Assembly: GCA_038230375.1 (NCBI GenBank)
Contig: JBBRNJ010000009.1
Coordinates: 87,941 to 151,940, forward strand
Direction of reading: 5' to 3'
DNA length: 64,000 nt
DNA from: Polyangiales bacterium
GTDB taxonomy: Bacteria > Myxococcota_A > Polyangia > Polyangiales > Polyangiaceae
Shown here piece after piece: positions 20,128 through 29,696 of this stretch. Position numbers and translations under genes: made by a program. Position 1 is the first letter of the stretch. Every line of letters begins with the position of its first letter. The notes under the pieces are model-generated. The model was not told the DNA's origin. It ran no database searches and saw only the letters and a list, made by a program, of their open reading frames with translations.

Positions 20128-22101
20128 ATGAGCCAGGACACGCGTAAGGACAAGCGCGCCAAGGTCGTCAGTCTCAACGTCCGCTACAAGAGCGCGACGA
20201 TTGACGAGTTCATCGACAACCACTCGCACGACGTGAGCCGTGGCGGCGTGTTCGTGAAGACGCAGACGCCGTTCGCCCCTGGCACGCTGCTCAAGTTCGA
20301 GATCCGTCTGTCCGGCGACCAGGCCGTGATCGCCGGCGTTGGCCGTGTCGTATGGAAGCGCGAGCCCACCCAGGCAGGTGGACACGAACGTCCCGCCGGC
20401 ATGGGCGTCAAGTTCATCAAGGTCGACGACAACTCGCGCGTCGTGATCGAGAAGCTCACCGGCGCCAAGGCCGACGCAGGCAGCGCCTACCTCTCCGAGC
20501 CCGAGGGCGTCGCAGAGGACGGACCGCCGCAGGTGGGCGTCACCATGTCCACCGTTCCGAAGCCCGCAGGCGCAGCGCCCGTTGCCGCCGCGCCGAAGCC
20601 GGGTGGGATCGGTGCGCTCAAGATCCCCGCTGCAACTCCGCCGCCGACGTCCGTCGTACCGCGCATTCCGGGAGCAGCGAGCCCCGTGGCGGGCCCTCCG
20701 CCCGCGAAGGTCGCGGCGCCCGCACCCAGGGCCGCCACACCCGCGCCTCCCGTCGCGAAGCCTGCAGCAGCGGCTCCTCCCGCTCCCGCACAGCCGCAGT
20801 CGCCCATGGCGGGCGCTGCGCGCGCTGCCCCCACGGCACGCAAGGCAACGATGATGGGCATTGCTCCGCCCACGCGCGGTGGAGGTGCAACGCCGCCGCC
20901 ACCAGGCATCGAGCCACTTGGCGCGCCGATCATGCCCGCGGCAAGCTCCACAGGTCCGTCCTCGCCGTTCAGGCCTGGCGCAAAAGATCCGCCGCCTCCG
21001 TCGCCGCCGGCGAAGGTGGAGGTGAAGGCCGCCGTCCCGAGGGCCGAGCCGAAGCCGCACGAGATGACGCTCCCGAAGGCGGACCCGCAGCTGCACGTCC
21101 CCACGCGGGCGGCGCCCATGTTCCCGAAGCTCGGACCGGAGAGCGAGCCCGAGATGGCTCACGAGCCCACCGTGATGAAGCAGGCCGCGGAGCTCCTGGA
21201 AGAGGCGCTGAGCGCGGCGGGCGGCTCGCTCGACGAGATCGGCGACAACCCGCTCTTCAGCGGCACCGCAGCACCGATCCACCACTCGCAGCCCATCGCC
21301 CCGCTCATCCCCGACGACGAGCTCCCCGCCGCGACCGAGACAGGCACGCTCATCATGGGCGCGCGCGGCGTCTCGATGCTCATGGGCGAAGCCGGCGATC
21401 CCACGGGCGGGGAGTCGGCGATCGCGCCCTCCGTGCCTCCAACCTCGGGCCTTGCTCCGCCGATCATCGCGCCGCCGCCTCCGCAGATGTCGCCCGTGTC
21501 CGGCGTGCCGCAGTCGCCCTCCTCCCAGAGCGGTCCACGTCCTGCCTTCGCCGCGCCTGCCCCCGAGAAGGTGCGCGCGCAGGTCCAGTCCACACCTGAC
21601 GCCAAGAAGAAGGGCAGCGGAGGGACGGTCGCTCTCACGCTCCTGCTTCTCCTCCTCATCGGAGGCGGCGCAGTGGGCGCGTACAAGATGGGCTACCTCG
21701 CGAGCGTGCTCGGCGGCGGTCCTTCTCCACTCCCATCCGCACAGCCCAGCGCGTCGGCCACCACCGCTCCGCCGCCGAGCGCGTCAGAGTCTGCCGCGAC
21801 GCCGCTGCTCGGCGGCCCCGACGCAGCCACGGCTGCGATGGCGACGGGCACGGATGCAGGCAAGGCCTCGGATGCTGCCGTTGCCATGGCGGATGCTGCG
21901 CCCGCCGTGAGCGCGGTGCCGGTGCCCGTCCCCGTGTACAGGCCGCGTCCGCGTCCGCAACCGCAGCCTCAACCGAGCGCAACGGAGACCACCGCGCCGA
22001 CGGAGACCACCGCACCGACGGAGACCACCGCACCAACGGCGGTGCCCGCGCCCGTGCCCACGCCAACCTCCATGCCCACGGCGACCGATCCCGCACCGTA
22101 G
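20128..22101 (+). CDS. Myxobacterial TIGR02266-type (PilZ-like) domain protein with long Pro/Ala linker and TM
   Basis: RKDKR...FIDNHSHDVSRGGVFVKT...GRVVW...GMGVKF, then low-complexity region and one TM. Confidence 0.8.
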   Translation: MSQDTRKDKRAKVVSLNVRYKSATIDEFIDNHSHDVSRGGVFVKTQTPFAPGTLLKFEIRLSGDQAVIAGVGRVVWKREPTQAGGHERPAGMGVKFIKVDDNSRVVIEKLTGAKADAGSAYLSEPEGVAEDGPPQVGVTMSTVPKPAGAAPVAAAPKPGGIGALKIPAATPPPTSVVPRIPGAASPVAGPPPAKVAAPAPRAATPAPPVAKPAAAAPPAPAQPQSPMAGAARAAPTARKATMMGIAPPTRGGGATPPPPGIEPLGAPIMPAASSTGPSSPFRPGAKDPPPPSPPAKVEVKAAVPRAEPKPHEMTLPKADPQLHVPTRAAPMFPKLGPESEPEMAHEPTVMKQAAELLEEALSAAGGSLDEIGDNPLFSGTAAPIHHSQPIAPLIPDDELPAATETGTLIMGARGVSMLMGEAGDPTGGESAIAPSVPPTSGLAPPIIAPPPPQMSPVSGVPQSPSSQSGPRPAFAAPAPEKVRAQVQSTPDAKKKGSGGTVALTLLLLLLIGGGAVGAYKMGYLASVLGGGPSPLPSAQPSASATTAPPPSASESAATPLLGGPDAATAAMATGTDAGKASDAAVAMADAAPAVSAVPVPVPVYRPRPRPQPQPQPSATETTAPTETTAPTETTAPTAVPAPVPTPTSMPTATDPAP

Positions 22102-22131
22102 TTTCGGGGCTTCTGGGTTCGGCTTGCGGGA

Positions 22132-22728
22132 CTATTCGTCGATGAAGCTCGGCGTGCGCTGCACCACGACGATGAGGCCGCGGAGGATGGCGCACGTCGC
22201 GCCCCAGACGAACTCGCCATCGACGTGATAGCCAACGCGCGGGAACAGACCGCGTGGCTTCGCGATGAACGTGGTGAGGGGCGCGGAGAAGACGCGGGCG
22301 ACCTCGGCGGCGTTGGGGCACGGCGTGGGCGGCGCATCGAGCCACGCAGCGAACGGCGTGACGACGTAGCCTGTGATTGTCGGGAGGTCGTCCAGTGCGC
22401 CGAGCAGACGCACGTCCGCGCGTGGCAGACCGATCTCTTCTTCGGCCTCACGCAGCGCGGTGTCAGCGAGCGACGCGTCCTCGGGATCGAATCGGCCGCC
22501 AGGAAACGCGACCTGACCTCCATGCCGACGCAGGCCCTCCGCACGCCGGAGGAGCAGGATGTGAACGGCGCCGTCGTGCTCGAACATGGGCATGAGGACC
22601 GCGCTCTTCTTGCCGCGTGACTCGTCGAGCTCCAGCCGGGGCCGCTTCGCAAGCTCCACCGCGAGCGCATCCGCGAGGCCGGCGGGCACGATGCGCGCGC
22701 GAACGGGACTCGCCTCTCGCCTCCACAT
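22132..22728 (-). CDS. Nudix hydrolase, CoA pyrophosphatase-like
   Basis: SAVL, HGGQVAFPGG, TALREAEEEIGL, NAAEV, VWGAT; start uncertain. Confidence 0.9.
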   Translation of the reverse strand: MWRREASPVRARIVPAGLADALAVELAKRPRLELDESRGKKSAVLMPMFEHDGAVHILLLRRAEGLRRHGGQVAFPGGRFDPEDASLADTALREAEEEIGLPRADVRLLGALDDLPTITGYVVTPFAAWLDAPPTPCPNAAEVARVFSAPLTTFIAKPRGLFPRVGYHVDGEFVWGATCAILRGLIVVVQRTPSFIDE

Positions 22729-22756
22729 GACGTGGTTCGTAGCATAAGCTCCCGGC

Positions 22757-23569
22757 ATGTCCCTCGAACGTTCTCCGCTTGCCGTGATCACGGGTGCTGG
22801 TGGTGGCTTTGGTCGTGCGCTCGCCCTGGAGCTTGCGCCGCGCGGCGCGCATCTCATCCTCGCCGACGTGAACGTCGCTGGTGTGGAGGAGACCGCCACG
22901 ATGGCGCGCGTGAAGGGCGCAGCGAAGACGACGGTCGTGCGGTGCGACGTGACCAAGCTCGCGGACGTGGAGGCGCTGCTCGAGGCATGCGGCGACGAGC
23001 ACATCGATCTCGTCGTGAACAACGCTGGCGTGAGCTCCGGCGGGCGCATCGGCGAGAGCTCGCTCGATGACTGGCGCTGGACGATCGACGTTGATCTCTG
23101 GGGCGTCATCCACGGCTGTCACGTGTTCGTGCCGCGGCTGAAGAAGCAGAAGAGCGGCCACGTGATGAACGTCGCCTCCGCAGCGGGTCTGCTCTGCGCG
23201 CCGGCGATGGGCGCCTACAACGTCGCGAAGGCGGGCGTCATCGCGCTGTCCGAGACGCTCTCGGGTGAGTTCTCCGGTACGGGCGCGAGCGTCACCGTGG
23301 TATGTCCCACCTTCTTCAAGACAGACATCGTCAACTCGGGGCGCTTCGCCGATCCGAAGCTGCGCGACGCAGCGACGCGGCTCGTGTCGCGCGGGAAGGA
23401 AGCGGAAGACATCGCGCGCGCCGCGCTCCGCTCGGTCAGCGCGGGCGAGCTGTACTGCGTGCCCATGTCCGACGGGCGCTGGATGTGGCGCATGAAGCGC
23501 GCGATCCCTCATTCCTACGGAAAAGTGGCAGGCATGATCGCGAAGCGCTTCTTGCCCGCACGGCCGTGA
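22757..23569 (+). CDS. Short-chain dehydrogenase/reductase
   Basis: TGAGGGFG, NNAG, YNVAK. Confidence 0.93.
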   Translation: MSLERSPLAVITGAGGGFGRALALELAPRGAHLILADVNVAGVEETATMARVKGAAKTTVVRCDVTKLADVEALLEACGDEHIDLVVNNAGVSSGGRIGESSLDDWRWTIDVDLWGVIHGCHVFVPRLKKQKSGHVMNVASAAGLLCAPAMGAYNVAKAGVIALSETLSGEFSGTGASVTVVCPTFFKTDIVNSGRFADPKLRDAATRLVSRGKEAEDIARAALRSVSAGELYCVPMSDGRWMWRMKRAIPHSYGKVAGMIAKRFLPARP

Positions 23570-23591
23570 AAGGGTAAGAAAAAGGGCGTTT

Positions 23592-23664
23592 TCCGGCGTC
23601 GTCTAATGGCAGGACAGAGGATTTTGATTCCTCTTACGACAGTTCGAATCTGTCCGCTGGAACC
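23592..23664 (+). tRNA. tRNA-Gln (TTG)
   Basis: Acceptor TCCGGCG/CGCTGGA, anticodon arm GAGGA-TTTTGAT-TCCTC, T arm GACAG-TTCGAAT-CTGTC. Confidence 0.93.
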
Positions 23665-24105
23665 GATCTGATCACGTGGGCTTAGCTCGGCTTAGCTCCG
23701 CTTCGCTGACAAGCGACGCGAGGCCCGAGACAACCGCGAGACAGTTTGCGAAGGTGGGCCTCGCGTGACGTCCTAGTCGAAGTCTTGCTCCTGCTCCCTG
23801 AGAATGTCGGGCATCCGCTCTTCTGTGCGGTCGGAAGCACGTGCACCTGGTCGCGCGCGAGACGACGCGCCTTCAGCTCCTTCGCGACCTGCGCGACGAC
23901 ATCGAAGCGACCAGCTACAGTCGCTGCGTCGAGTGCTCACGCGAGCGCATCGTCGACCAGACGCGTTGCATCTCTCGGCAACGGCGTACGCGAAGGGTGT
24001 CCACCGTCCACATTGCGCTCGCGAAGATCGCGAGAGTGCGACGGTCTGCGACCGTGCAGAGTTTTGATTTCTCTTGCGACAGTTCGAATCTGTCCGCTGG
24101 GAACC
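23622..24105. mobile_element. Decayed integrative-element relic at tRNA-Gln (duplicated tRNA 3' half 440 bp downstream)
   Basis: 23622-23660 vs 24062-24100 match at 37/39, including 24 identical bp; the interval carries a pseudogenised integrase-tail motif. Confidence 0.8.
23865..23957 (-). pseudogene. Nonsense-mutated homolog of the detachable integrase C-terminal tail
   Basis: VDDALA*ALDAATVAGRFDVVAQVAKELKAR vs VEAALARALDAATAAGRFDLMADLLRELQRR at 54501-54593; 19/31 identical by manual alignment. Confidence 0.75.
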
Positions 24106-24249
24106 GGTATGACGACGCGTGTTGGCTCCTGGACTCCGCTCATCTTCGTGAGCTGCAAAGCTCGTGTTCAAGAGCGGTCGCCGTGTCGATTTGTGTCGTG
24201 CGCTTCTCCGCTCATGACTCGTCAATGAGGATGTGAGACGTTGTCGCTG

Positions 24250-24597
24250 ATGATCACGCGCGAGAGCATCGAGGGCCTCTTCCACAGCGTCCGGTCGCGT
24301 ACGAAGCTCAACATAGACGCGCCATGTCTTTGGTCATATTTCTTCGTGGACGCGAGCCGCGACAAGCTCACCACGGCCGGAAGGGCGCTTGAGCCGCATG
24401 GCTTCACGGTCATCGGGTTTCTTGGCAGTGGCGCACGTGGAGAGGGGGAGTGGTTGCGTGTCGATCGAATCGAAACGCACAGCGTGGACACCCTTCTCAC
24501 GCTGAACGCGTGGCTATATGGACTCGCCCAGCACTATGAGCTCGAGTCGTACGACGGCATGGAAGTGGGCTCGGCCGCGAACGGGGTTGGCCACTAA
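24250..24597 (+). CDS. RraB (regulator of RNase E activity B)-like domain protein
   Basis: W.YFF...L..AG..L...GF and YDGMEVG pattern. Confidence 0.65.
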   Translation: MITRESIEGLFHSVRSRTKLNIDAPCLWSYFFVDASRDKLTTAGRALEPHGFTVIGFLGSGARGEGEWLRVDRIETHSVDTLLTLNAWLYGLAQHYELESYDGMEVGSAANGVGH

Positions 24598-24704
24598 GGC
24601 GTGGTGGCCTCACGGACCGGCAATCATTCTCCGCCGACGAGGGTTTGATCGCGAGTAACTTCGACGACGAGGGCCCGCGTGACCCCTTCAAGGATTGGTG
24701 GCGC

Positions 24705-25319
24705 ATGTACCGGTGTTCGCAGTGTGGCAAGGACAATGACGCCACTTACAAGTTCTGCCTTGGCTGTGGGGCCTCGGGACCACGTCGTGAGCCCGAGCCC
24801 ACGCCTCACAACGCGCTTGGCTGGCCCGGTGCGCCTGCTGGTGGTCAGCTGCGCTGCGGCGCGTGCGGAACGATGAACGCGCCTGCCAACGCGTTCTGTT
24901 CCAGTTGAGCGCACAAGTTCGAGCGCGCGGTGCCGGCGGCGGGACCTGCTGCGAGCGGACCGACGTTTCGCGATTTCGCGCCTCGGCTTGCGTTCGCGCT
25001 TTTCACCGCTCACCAGCACGTGACCACGCGCCCCGACCATCATGCGCACGTCGCGATCATCGCGGGCAGCATCCTGGCGGTCGCGCGAGCGATCCAGAGC
25101 CGCATCGCGCCGAGCCACGCCGTGATGGGTGATGCTGGCTCTCTTGCCATCCGCGATGGTGGCTTCGCGCAAGACGATCCGCTCGTGGTCGCTTATGGGC
25201 AGATCTTCGAGTTCTGTCGGCAACACGCGCGTGACGACGCGGGCCTTGCCGCTGCAGCAGCAGACGCCGATCTCGCAGCCCGAGCACAGGCCCTCGCCGA
25301 CGCGCTGCGCATGCGCTGA
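24705..25319 (+). pseudogene. Double zinc-ribbon protein interrupted by an in-frame TGA (24906-24908) at a Cys position
   Basis: CSQC..FCLGC..CGAC..FCSS*; the frame stays open to 25319. Confidence 0.6.
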
Positions 25320-25329
25320 CTCCTGCGAG

Positions 25330-25953
25330 TCAACTGCGGGCGTCGAAGTCCACCATGGCTTCGCTCGGGTCCTGCGGGTTCACCAGTACGGACAGCGTGG
25401 CGCCTTGATAGATCCGTCCGCCCTGACCGCGGACCACGGGGACGTTCAGGTTGGTCTCCCACGGTGCGCGGCCATCCAGTGCGATGCGCACGAGGACCTG
25501 CCAGTTGGTCTCGCCGTCGACCTTGAAGTTGGACTCCGTGTAGCTCAGCACGGTCGCATGTCCGCGCACGCCGCTTGCGCGAAGGCGCTTCCCTCGCTCG
25601 ATTGCCTGCAGACCCTTCTTGCCGAGACGGATGAGCAGCACGGCAAGTGCAACAAAGACGAGGCCGAAGACCGCGACTCCGCCGACGAATCCGAGCGCGA
25701 GCCCTGCGCCGTGGTCGACCTCGCTCGCGACCCGCACTGCGACCACCACGGACACCAGGGCAGCGATCAAGCTGACGGCCGCGAAGACCGCGAACATCAC
25801 GCCGATGCCAATGGCCACGTACGCGTTCGTGCGCTTGGCGCTCTCGACATCGCGCCTTCCGCGCTCCGTAATCTCTTCGAGGGGAGTCACTCCTCGACGA
25901 TAGCCGTCATCCGCGGCGGCGCCGCTTCCTTTGGTGATCTTTCGCTGAACCAT
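25330..25953 (-). CDS. Membrane protein with 2 TM and OB-like C-terminal domain (DUF3592-like)
   Basis: Two TM helices, then G.RG.ATV...GATLSVLVNPQDP; start uncertain. Confidence 0.6.
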   Translation of the reverse strand: MVQRKITKGSGAAADDGYRRGVTPLEEITERGRRDVESAKRTNAYVAIGIGVMFAVFAAVSLIAALVSVVVAVRVASEVDHGAGLALGFVGGVAVFGLVFVALAVLLIRLGKKGLQAIERGKRLRASGVRGHATVLSYTESNFKVDGETNWQVLVRIALDGRAPWETNLNVPVVRGQGGRIYQGATLSVLVNPQDPSEAMVDFDARS

Positions 25954-25983
25954 CGCGTAAGAAATGAGGGATCATCACCGGCG

Positions 25984-27243
25984 ATGAGCTTTCCCCCGTC
26001 GCTCGGCAACGGTCGCTACGTGCTTCATGGCGTGCTCGGTGAGGGCGCCCAGGGAACCACCTACGACGCGACCGACACGACCCACGACAGGGCCGTTGCG
26101 ATCAAGCGCTTCGCCGTTCGCGACGCGAAGAGCTGGAAGGACGTGGAGCTTGCAGAGCGCGAGGCCCGCGTTCTTTCGACGCTCGATCATCCTCTGGTGC
26201 CACGCTACATCGAGCACTTCGAGGAAGACGGCGCGCTGTACCTGGTGATGGAGAAGGTGCACGGCGAGACCCTGGACGCGATTCGCCGTCGCGAGGGCGC
26301 GCTGTCGGAGGAAGAGGTGCGTCGCTTCCTTGCAGACGCGGACCGCGCGCTCACGTACCTGCACGGGCGCGCCGCGCCGATCGTCCACCGTGACATCAAG
26401 CCACGCAACGTCATCCGCCGTCCCGATGGGTCGTACGTGCTCGTGGACTTTGGCGCGGTGAGTGAGCTCGTGCTCCGTCGCGGTGGCGGCAGCACCATCG
26501 TCGGGACCATGGGCTACATGGCACCGGAGCAGTTCCAGGGCCGCTCGTTGCCGCAGACGGACGTGTACGCCGTTGGCGCGACCGCGCTCGCCGCGCTCAC
26601 CGGTGTGGAGCCGGAGACACTTCCACATCGCGGGCTGCGTGTGGACGTCCAGGCGTCGCTCGGTGATCGCATGTCTCCAGCGCTGGTGTCTTCGCTGTCG
26701 CAGATGCTGGAGCCCGATCCAGACCAGCGGGCGCGCAGCCTGGCGGCGGCGCTCGATCCGCCGCGATCAAAGCCCCCGTCGCGCCCGTCTTCCCCGCTCG
26801 TCGTGGTGCGTCCCGCGGAGCCCGCGCTCGATCAGGCGAAGGAAGACGCCGCGGTGAAGAGCATCCGCAACCTGCTCTGGGTGCTCTGGGGTCTGGGCTG
26901 GGTGATCGTGCCGGTGACCCTGGGGGCACTGCTGCACATGGGCCGCTTCATCCCGGCGATCATGTTCACGTGGCTCGCGGCGGTCTTCATCGTGACATGG
27001 CACAAGGGCGCGATGATCCGCGCCGCGCTGCGGAAGGTGCAAGGCGGCGGCGCGGACACCCACGCTGCAGACACGCACGAACCCGCAGCAGCAATGAAGC
27101 AGCGCGTCGGCTCCACGGCCGCGAGCTCACCGCCAGTGCGTGTGCAAACGTCGGACACGGACGCGAGCCTGGTGACGGCCGAAACAGAAGTCGACACCCT
27201 GGCTGAAGAGCCCGCCCGGCGCGTACGCCGCGCACCACGCTGA
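25984..27243 (+). CDS. Ser/Thr protein kinase with two C-terminal TM helices
   Basis: LGEGAQGTTY, VAIK, HRDIKPRN, DFG, GYMAPE. Confidence 0.93.
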   Translation: MSFPPSLGNGRYVLHGVLGEGAQGTTYDATDTTHDRAVAIKRFAVRDAKSWKDVELAEREARVLSTLDHPLVPRYIEHFEEDGALYLVMEKVHGETLDAIRRREGALSEEEVRRFLADADRALTYLHGRAAPIVHRDIKPRNVIRRPDGSYVLVDFGAVSELVLRRGGGSTIVGTMGYMAPEQFQGRSLPQTDVYAVGATALAALTGVEPETLPHRGLRVDVQASLGDRMSPALVSSLSQMLEPDPDQRARSLAAALDPPRSKPPSRPSSPLVVVRPAEPALDQAKEDAAVKSIRNLLWVLWGLGWVIVPVTLGALLHMGRFIPAIMFTWLAAVFIVTWHKGAMIRAALRKVQGGGADTHAADTHEPAAAMKQRVGSTAASSPPVRVQTSDTDASLVTAETEVDTLAEEPARRVRRAPR

Positions 27244-27266
27244 GGCCGCGCCTGATCTGAGCTACG

Positions 27267-28460
27267 GTGAGCATCGTGGATCCGCTCCTCCTGGCCGTGC
27301 CGCTCTTCTTGCTGCTCATGGCCGCAGAGGCCATCGTGCTCGCGCGGCGCGGTGAGCGCGGCTACAGGCTGAACGACTTCGCGAGCGCGATCGCATGTGC
27401 GTTACTCGACCAGCTGGGCATCCTCACGCTCGGCGCGCTCTATCTTGGCCTCTACACGCTCTTGCAGGAACGCTTTGGCCTGGTGCACGTATCGCCGCGC
27501 TCGCCGCTCGCGTGGATCGCGTGCGTGATCGCGCACGACCTTGCGTACTACGCCTACCACCGCGCATCGCACCGCGTGAACGTGCTCTGGGCTGCGCATG
27601 CCGTGCACCACCAGAGCGAGGAGTACAACTTCACGGTGTCGTTCCGGCAGGGCGCGATCGCCACGGTCGTGACGTACGCGTTCTATGCGCCGCTCGCGCT
27701 CGCTGGCTTTCCCGTGCGCATGTTCCTTGTCGTGCACGGCGTGTATCAGGTCTACCAGTTCTTCGTTCACACGCGCCTCGTGTCGCGCCTGGGGCCGCTG
27801 GAGCTCGTGCTCGCCACACCAAGCCACCACCGCGTCCACCACGGAAAAGATCGCGCGTTCGTGGATCGCAACTATGGCGGCTTCTCGATCCTGATGGACC
27901 GCGTGCTCGGCACCTTCGCCGAGGAGACGCACGAGCCGTCTTACGGCGTGCCTCGCGGCATCCGCAGCTGGAGCCCGTTCTGGGCGAACCTGCACCCATT
28001 TGCGGAGCTGTGGACGCGCAGCCGGAAGGCGCCCAGCTGGGCGGATGCGATCGCGGTGTGGTTCGTGGCGCCCGAGCGCACGTTCGCCTGGGAAGCGCCG
28101 GCGCGTGAGACATCTGGCTACGACCGCACCGCGCCTCCGGAGCTCGCGGGCTATCTGGTCGTGCAGCTGCTGCACGCGTCGCTCGTGACCATGGGGCTGG
28201 CCTATCTGTGGAGCGGACTCCCGCCGTGGCTCGCGCGCGGCTGCCTGGTGTTCGTGTGGGCGGCGCTCGCGTCGGTGATGTCGTTCTTCGATCGGAAGAC
28301 GTGGGGGCTCCTGGTCGAGCGGGTGCGGCTCGTCGTCGGCATCGTCGCATTCGCTGCCGCGGCGATCACGTGGAAGAGCGGAGTGGCCGCGGTGCTCGTG
28401 CTCGCATGTGCGGCGTCACTCGCCATGCTGCAAGGCTCGCTGCCGGGCAAGCGAAGCTAG
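27267..28460 (+). CDS. Sterol desaturase/fatty-acid hydroxylase family (alkylglycerol monooxygenase-like)
   Basis: His boxes HRASH, HAVHH, FVH, HHRVHH; NYGG. Confidence 0.88.
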   Translation: MSIVDPLLLAVPLFLLLMAAEAIVLARRGERGYRLNDFASAIACALLDQLGILTLGALYLGLYTLLQERFGLVHVSPRSPLAWIACVIAHDLAYYAYHRASHRVNVLWAAHAVHHQSEEYNFTVSFRQGAIATVVTYAFYAPLALAGFPVRMFLVVHGVYQVYQFFVHTRLVSRLGPLELVLATPSHHRVHHGKDRAFVDRNYGGFSILMDRVLGTFAEETHEPSYGVPRGIRSWSPFWANLHPFAELWTRSRKAPSWADAIAVWFVAPERTFAWEAPARETSGYDRTAPPELAGYLVVQLLHASLVTMGLAYLWSGLPPWLARGCLVFVWAALASVMSFFDRKTWGLLVERVRLVVGIVAFAAAAITWKSGVAAVLVLACAASLAMLQGSLPGKRS

Positions 28461-28476
28461 CTCCGGTGCGCGAGGA

Positions 28477-29655
28477 TCACGGCCACGCGACCGGAAAGAC
28501 CATGCTCTGCCCGGTCCACTGGACGCCACCTTCGGGGCGCATGAGCCCTTGCTCGGTGCCCCAGAGGTAGCTCGTGCCAGGGGTGACTCCGCCCGCGTCC
28601 AGGGGCGCCTTCCCCGTGTTGAAGCCGCCGTCGTAGACGAAGCTCGTCGCCGTTCCCGGCGCAGACGCAAACCACGGGTCACCGATCGAGGCGCCGGGTC
28701 CGTAGAGATCGAACCGAGTATTCACGGCATCCGAGAGCAGCGTGAACGTGAACGTCGCGGGAAGCGCGCCCGTGGCGCCGGTCGGCTGCATCGCCGCGTA
28801 GCCGTCGTACTTCATCTCCACGGAGCCCACGGCCGAGTCAGCCGCCACCGTGAACGGACCGCTGATCGCGCGACGGAGCGCATCATTCTTCAGCGGATCG
28901 CGGGCCATGTCCGTCTGCGTGAGGAACGTTGGATGCCACACCTGCAAGCGCCACGTGCCCGCTGCGACGGGCAGCGTGAACGTCCCATCGGCCCCGGTCG
29001 TGAGGCGGTCCGCAAAGAAATGATGTGACTTCGGCTCCTCGCGCTCCACCACGACCAGGTAGCCGGTCGCGGGCGCTGCATTCAGCAGCACGGTCCCGGT
29101 GACCTTGTGTGAAGGCGCCGCGGCGGCCTGGGGCACCGTGAGCTGCGAGCATGGGTTCGGATCGTTCTTGTTGAACGTGGGTGAGGCGGCGGGGCAAGCG
29201 ACGAACGCTGGCTCACGTGGATCGATCGCGTAGCGCGACAACATTGCAGGCGCCGCTGCCGCGGCATCGCCGGTGACCTTGAAGACGTACGCATACTGCC
29301 CCGCCGGCAACGTGGCGGTTCCGGTGAAGGTGCCCGCGCCGTCGTCCTTGAGCGAGAGGAGCGGCGCAGTCCAGTCGCTGCTCTGTCCGAACCCACCCAT
29401 GACGTCGACGCTCTTCACGCCTTTCCACGACGGGTTGTACGAGAACACGACCTGCGATGGCGCTGCCGCGTCGGTTCCATTCGAGGAGTCCGTTGTCGTC
29501 GATGCATCGTGGGTGGACGTCTGCGCGTCCTCCCCCCCGGACGCCGCATCGGCCACCCCGGGTGAGCTCGACGAGTCACCGCCGCAGGCGATTCCAAGGG
29601 AAATCACGACACCCGAGAGCGCGAAGACGAAGAGCGGAACGATGTGAGGTCGCAT
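28477..29655 (-). CDS. Lipoprotein with CBM48/glycogen-binding-like and carboxypeptidase-regulatory-like domains
   Basis: Lipobox GIAC; VKSVDVMGGF...W...L...LPAGQYAYVFKV; TTGADGTFTL. Confidence 0.6.
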   Translation of the reverse strand: MRPHIVPLFVFALSGVVISLGIACGGDSSSSPGVADAASGGEDAQTSTHDASTTTDSSNGTDAAAPSQVVFSYNPSWKGVKSVDVMGGFGQSSDWTAPLLSLKDDGAGTFTGTATLPAGQYAYVFKVTGDAAAAAPAMLSRYAIDPREPAFVACPAASPTFNKNDPNPCSQLTVPQAAAAPSHKVTGTVLLNAAPATGYLVVVEREEPKSHHFFADRLTTGADGTFTLPVAAGTWRLQVWHPTFLTQTDMARDPLKNDALRRAISGPFTVAADSAVGSVEMKYDGYAAMQPTGATGALPATFTFTLLSDAVNTRFDLYGPGASIGDPWFASAPGTATSFVYDGGFNTGKAPLDAGGVTPGTSYLWGTEQGLMRPEGGVQWTGQSMVFPVAWP

Positions 29656-29696
29656 GCGGCGGGCTGATGCAAGATGCGTGTCGCCCCGGGGTTCCG

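Noticed and set aside
21982..22035. 18-bp repeat x3
   Set aside because: Encodes a TETTAP low-complexity linker within a CDS
24056..24105. Second tRNA-Gln gene
   Set aside because: Only the anticodon loop to 3' end is present, with no D arm or 5' acceptor strand; treated as an att duplicate
25129..25983. 285-aa N-terminal extension of the kinase
   Set aside because: Antisense to the 25330..25953 gene; the kinase plausibly starts at ATG 25984
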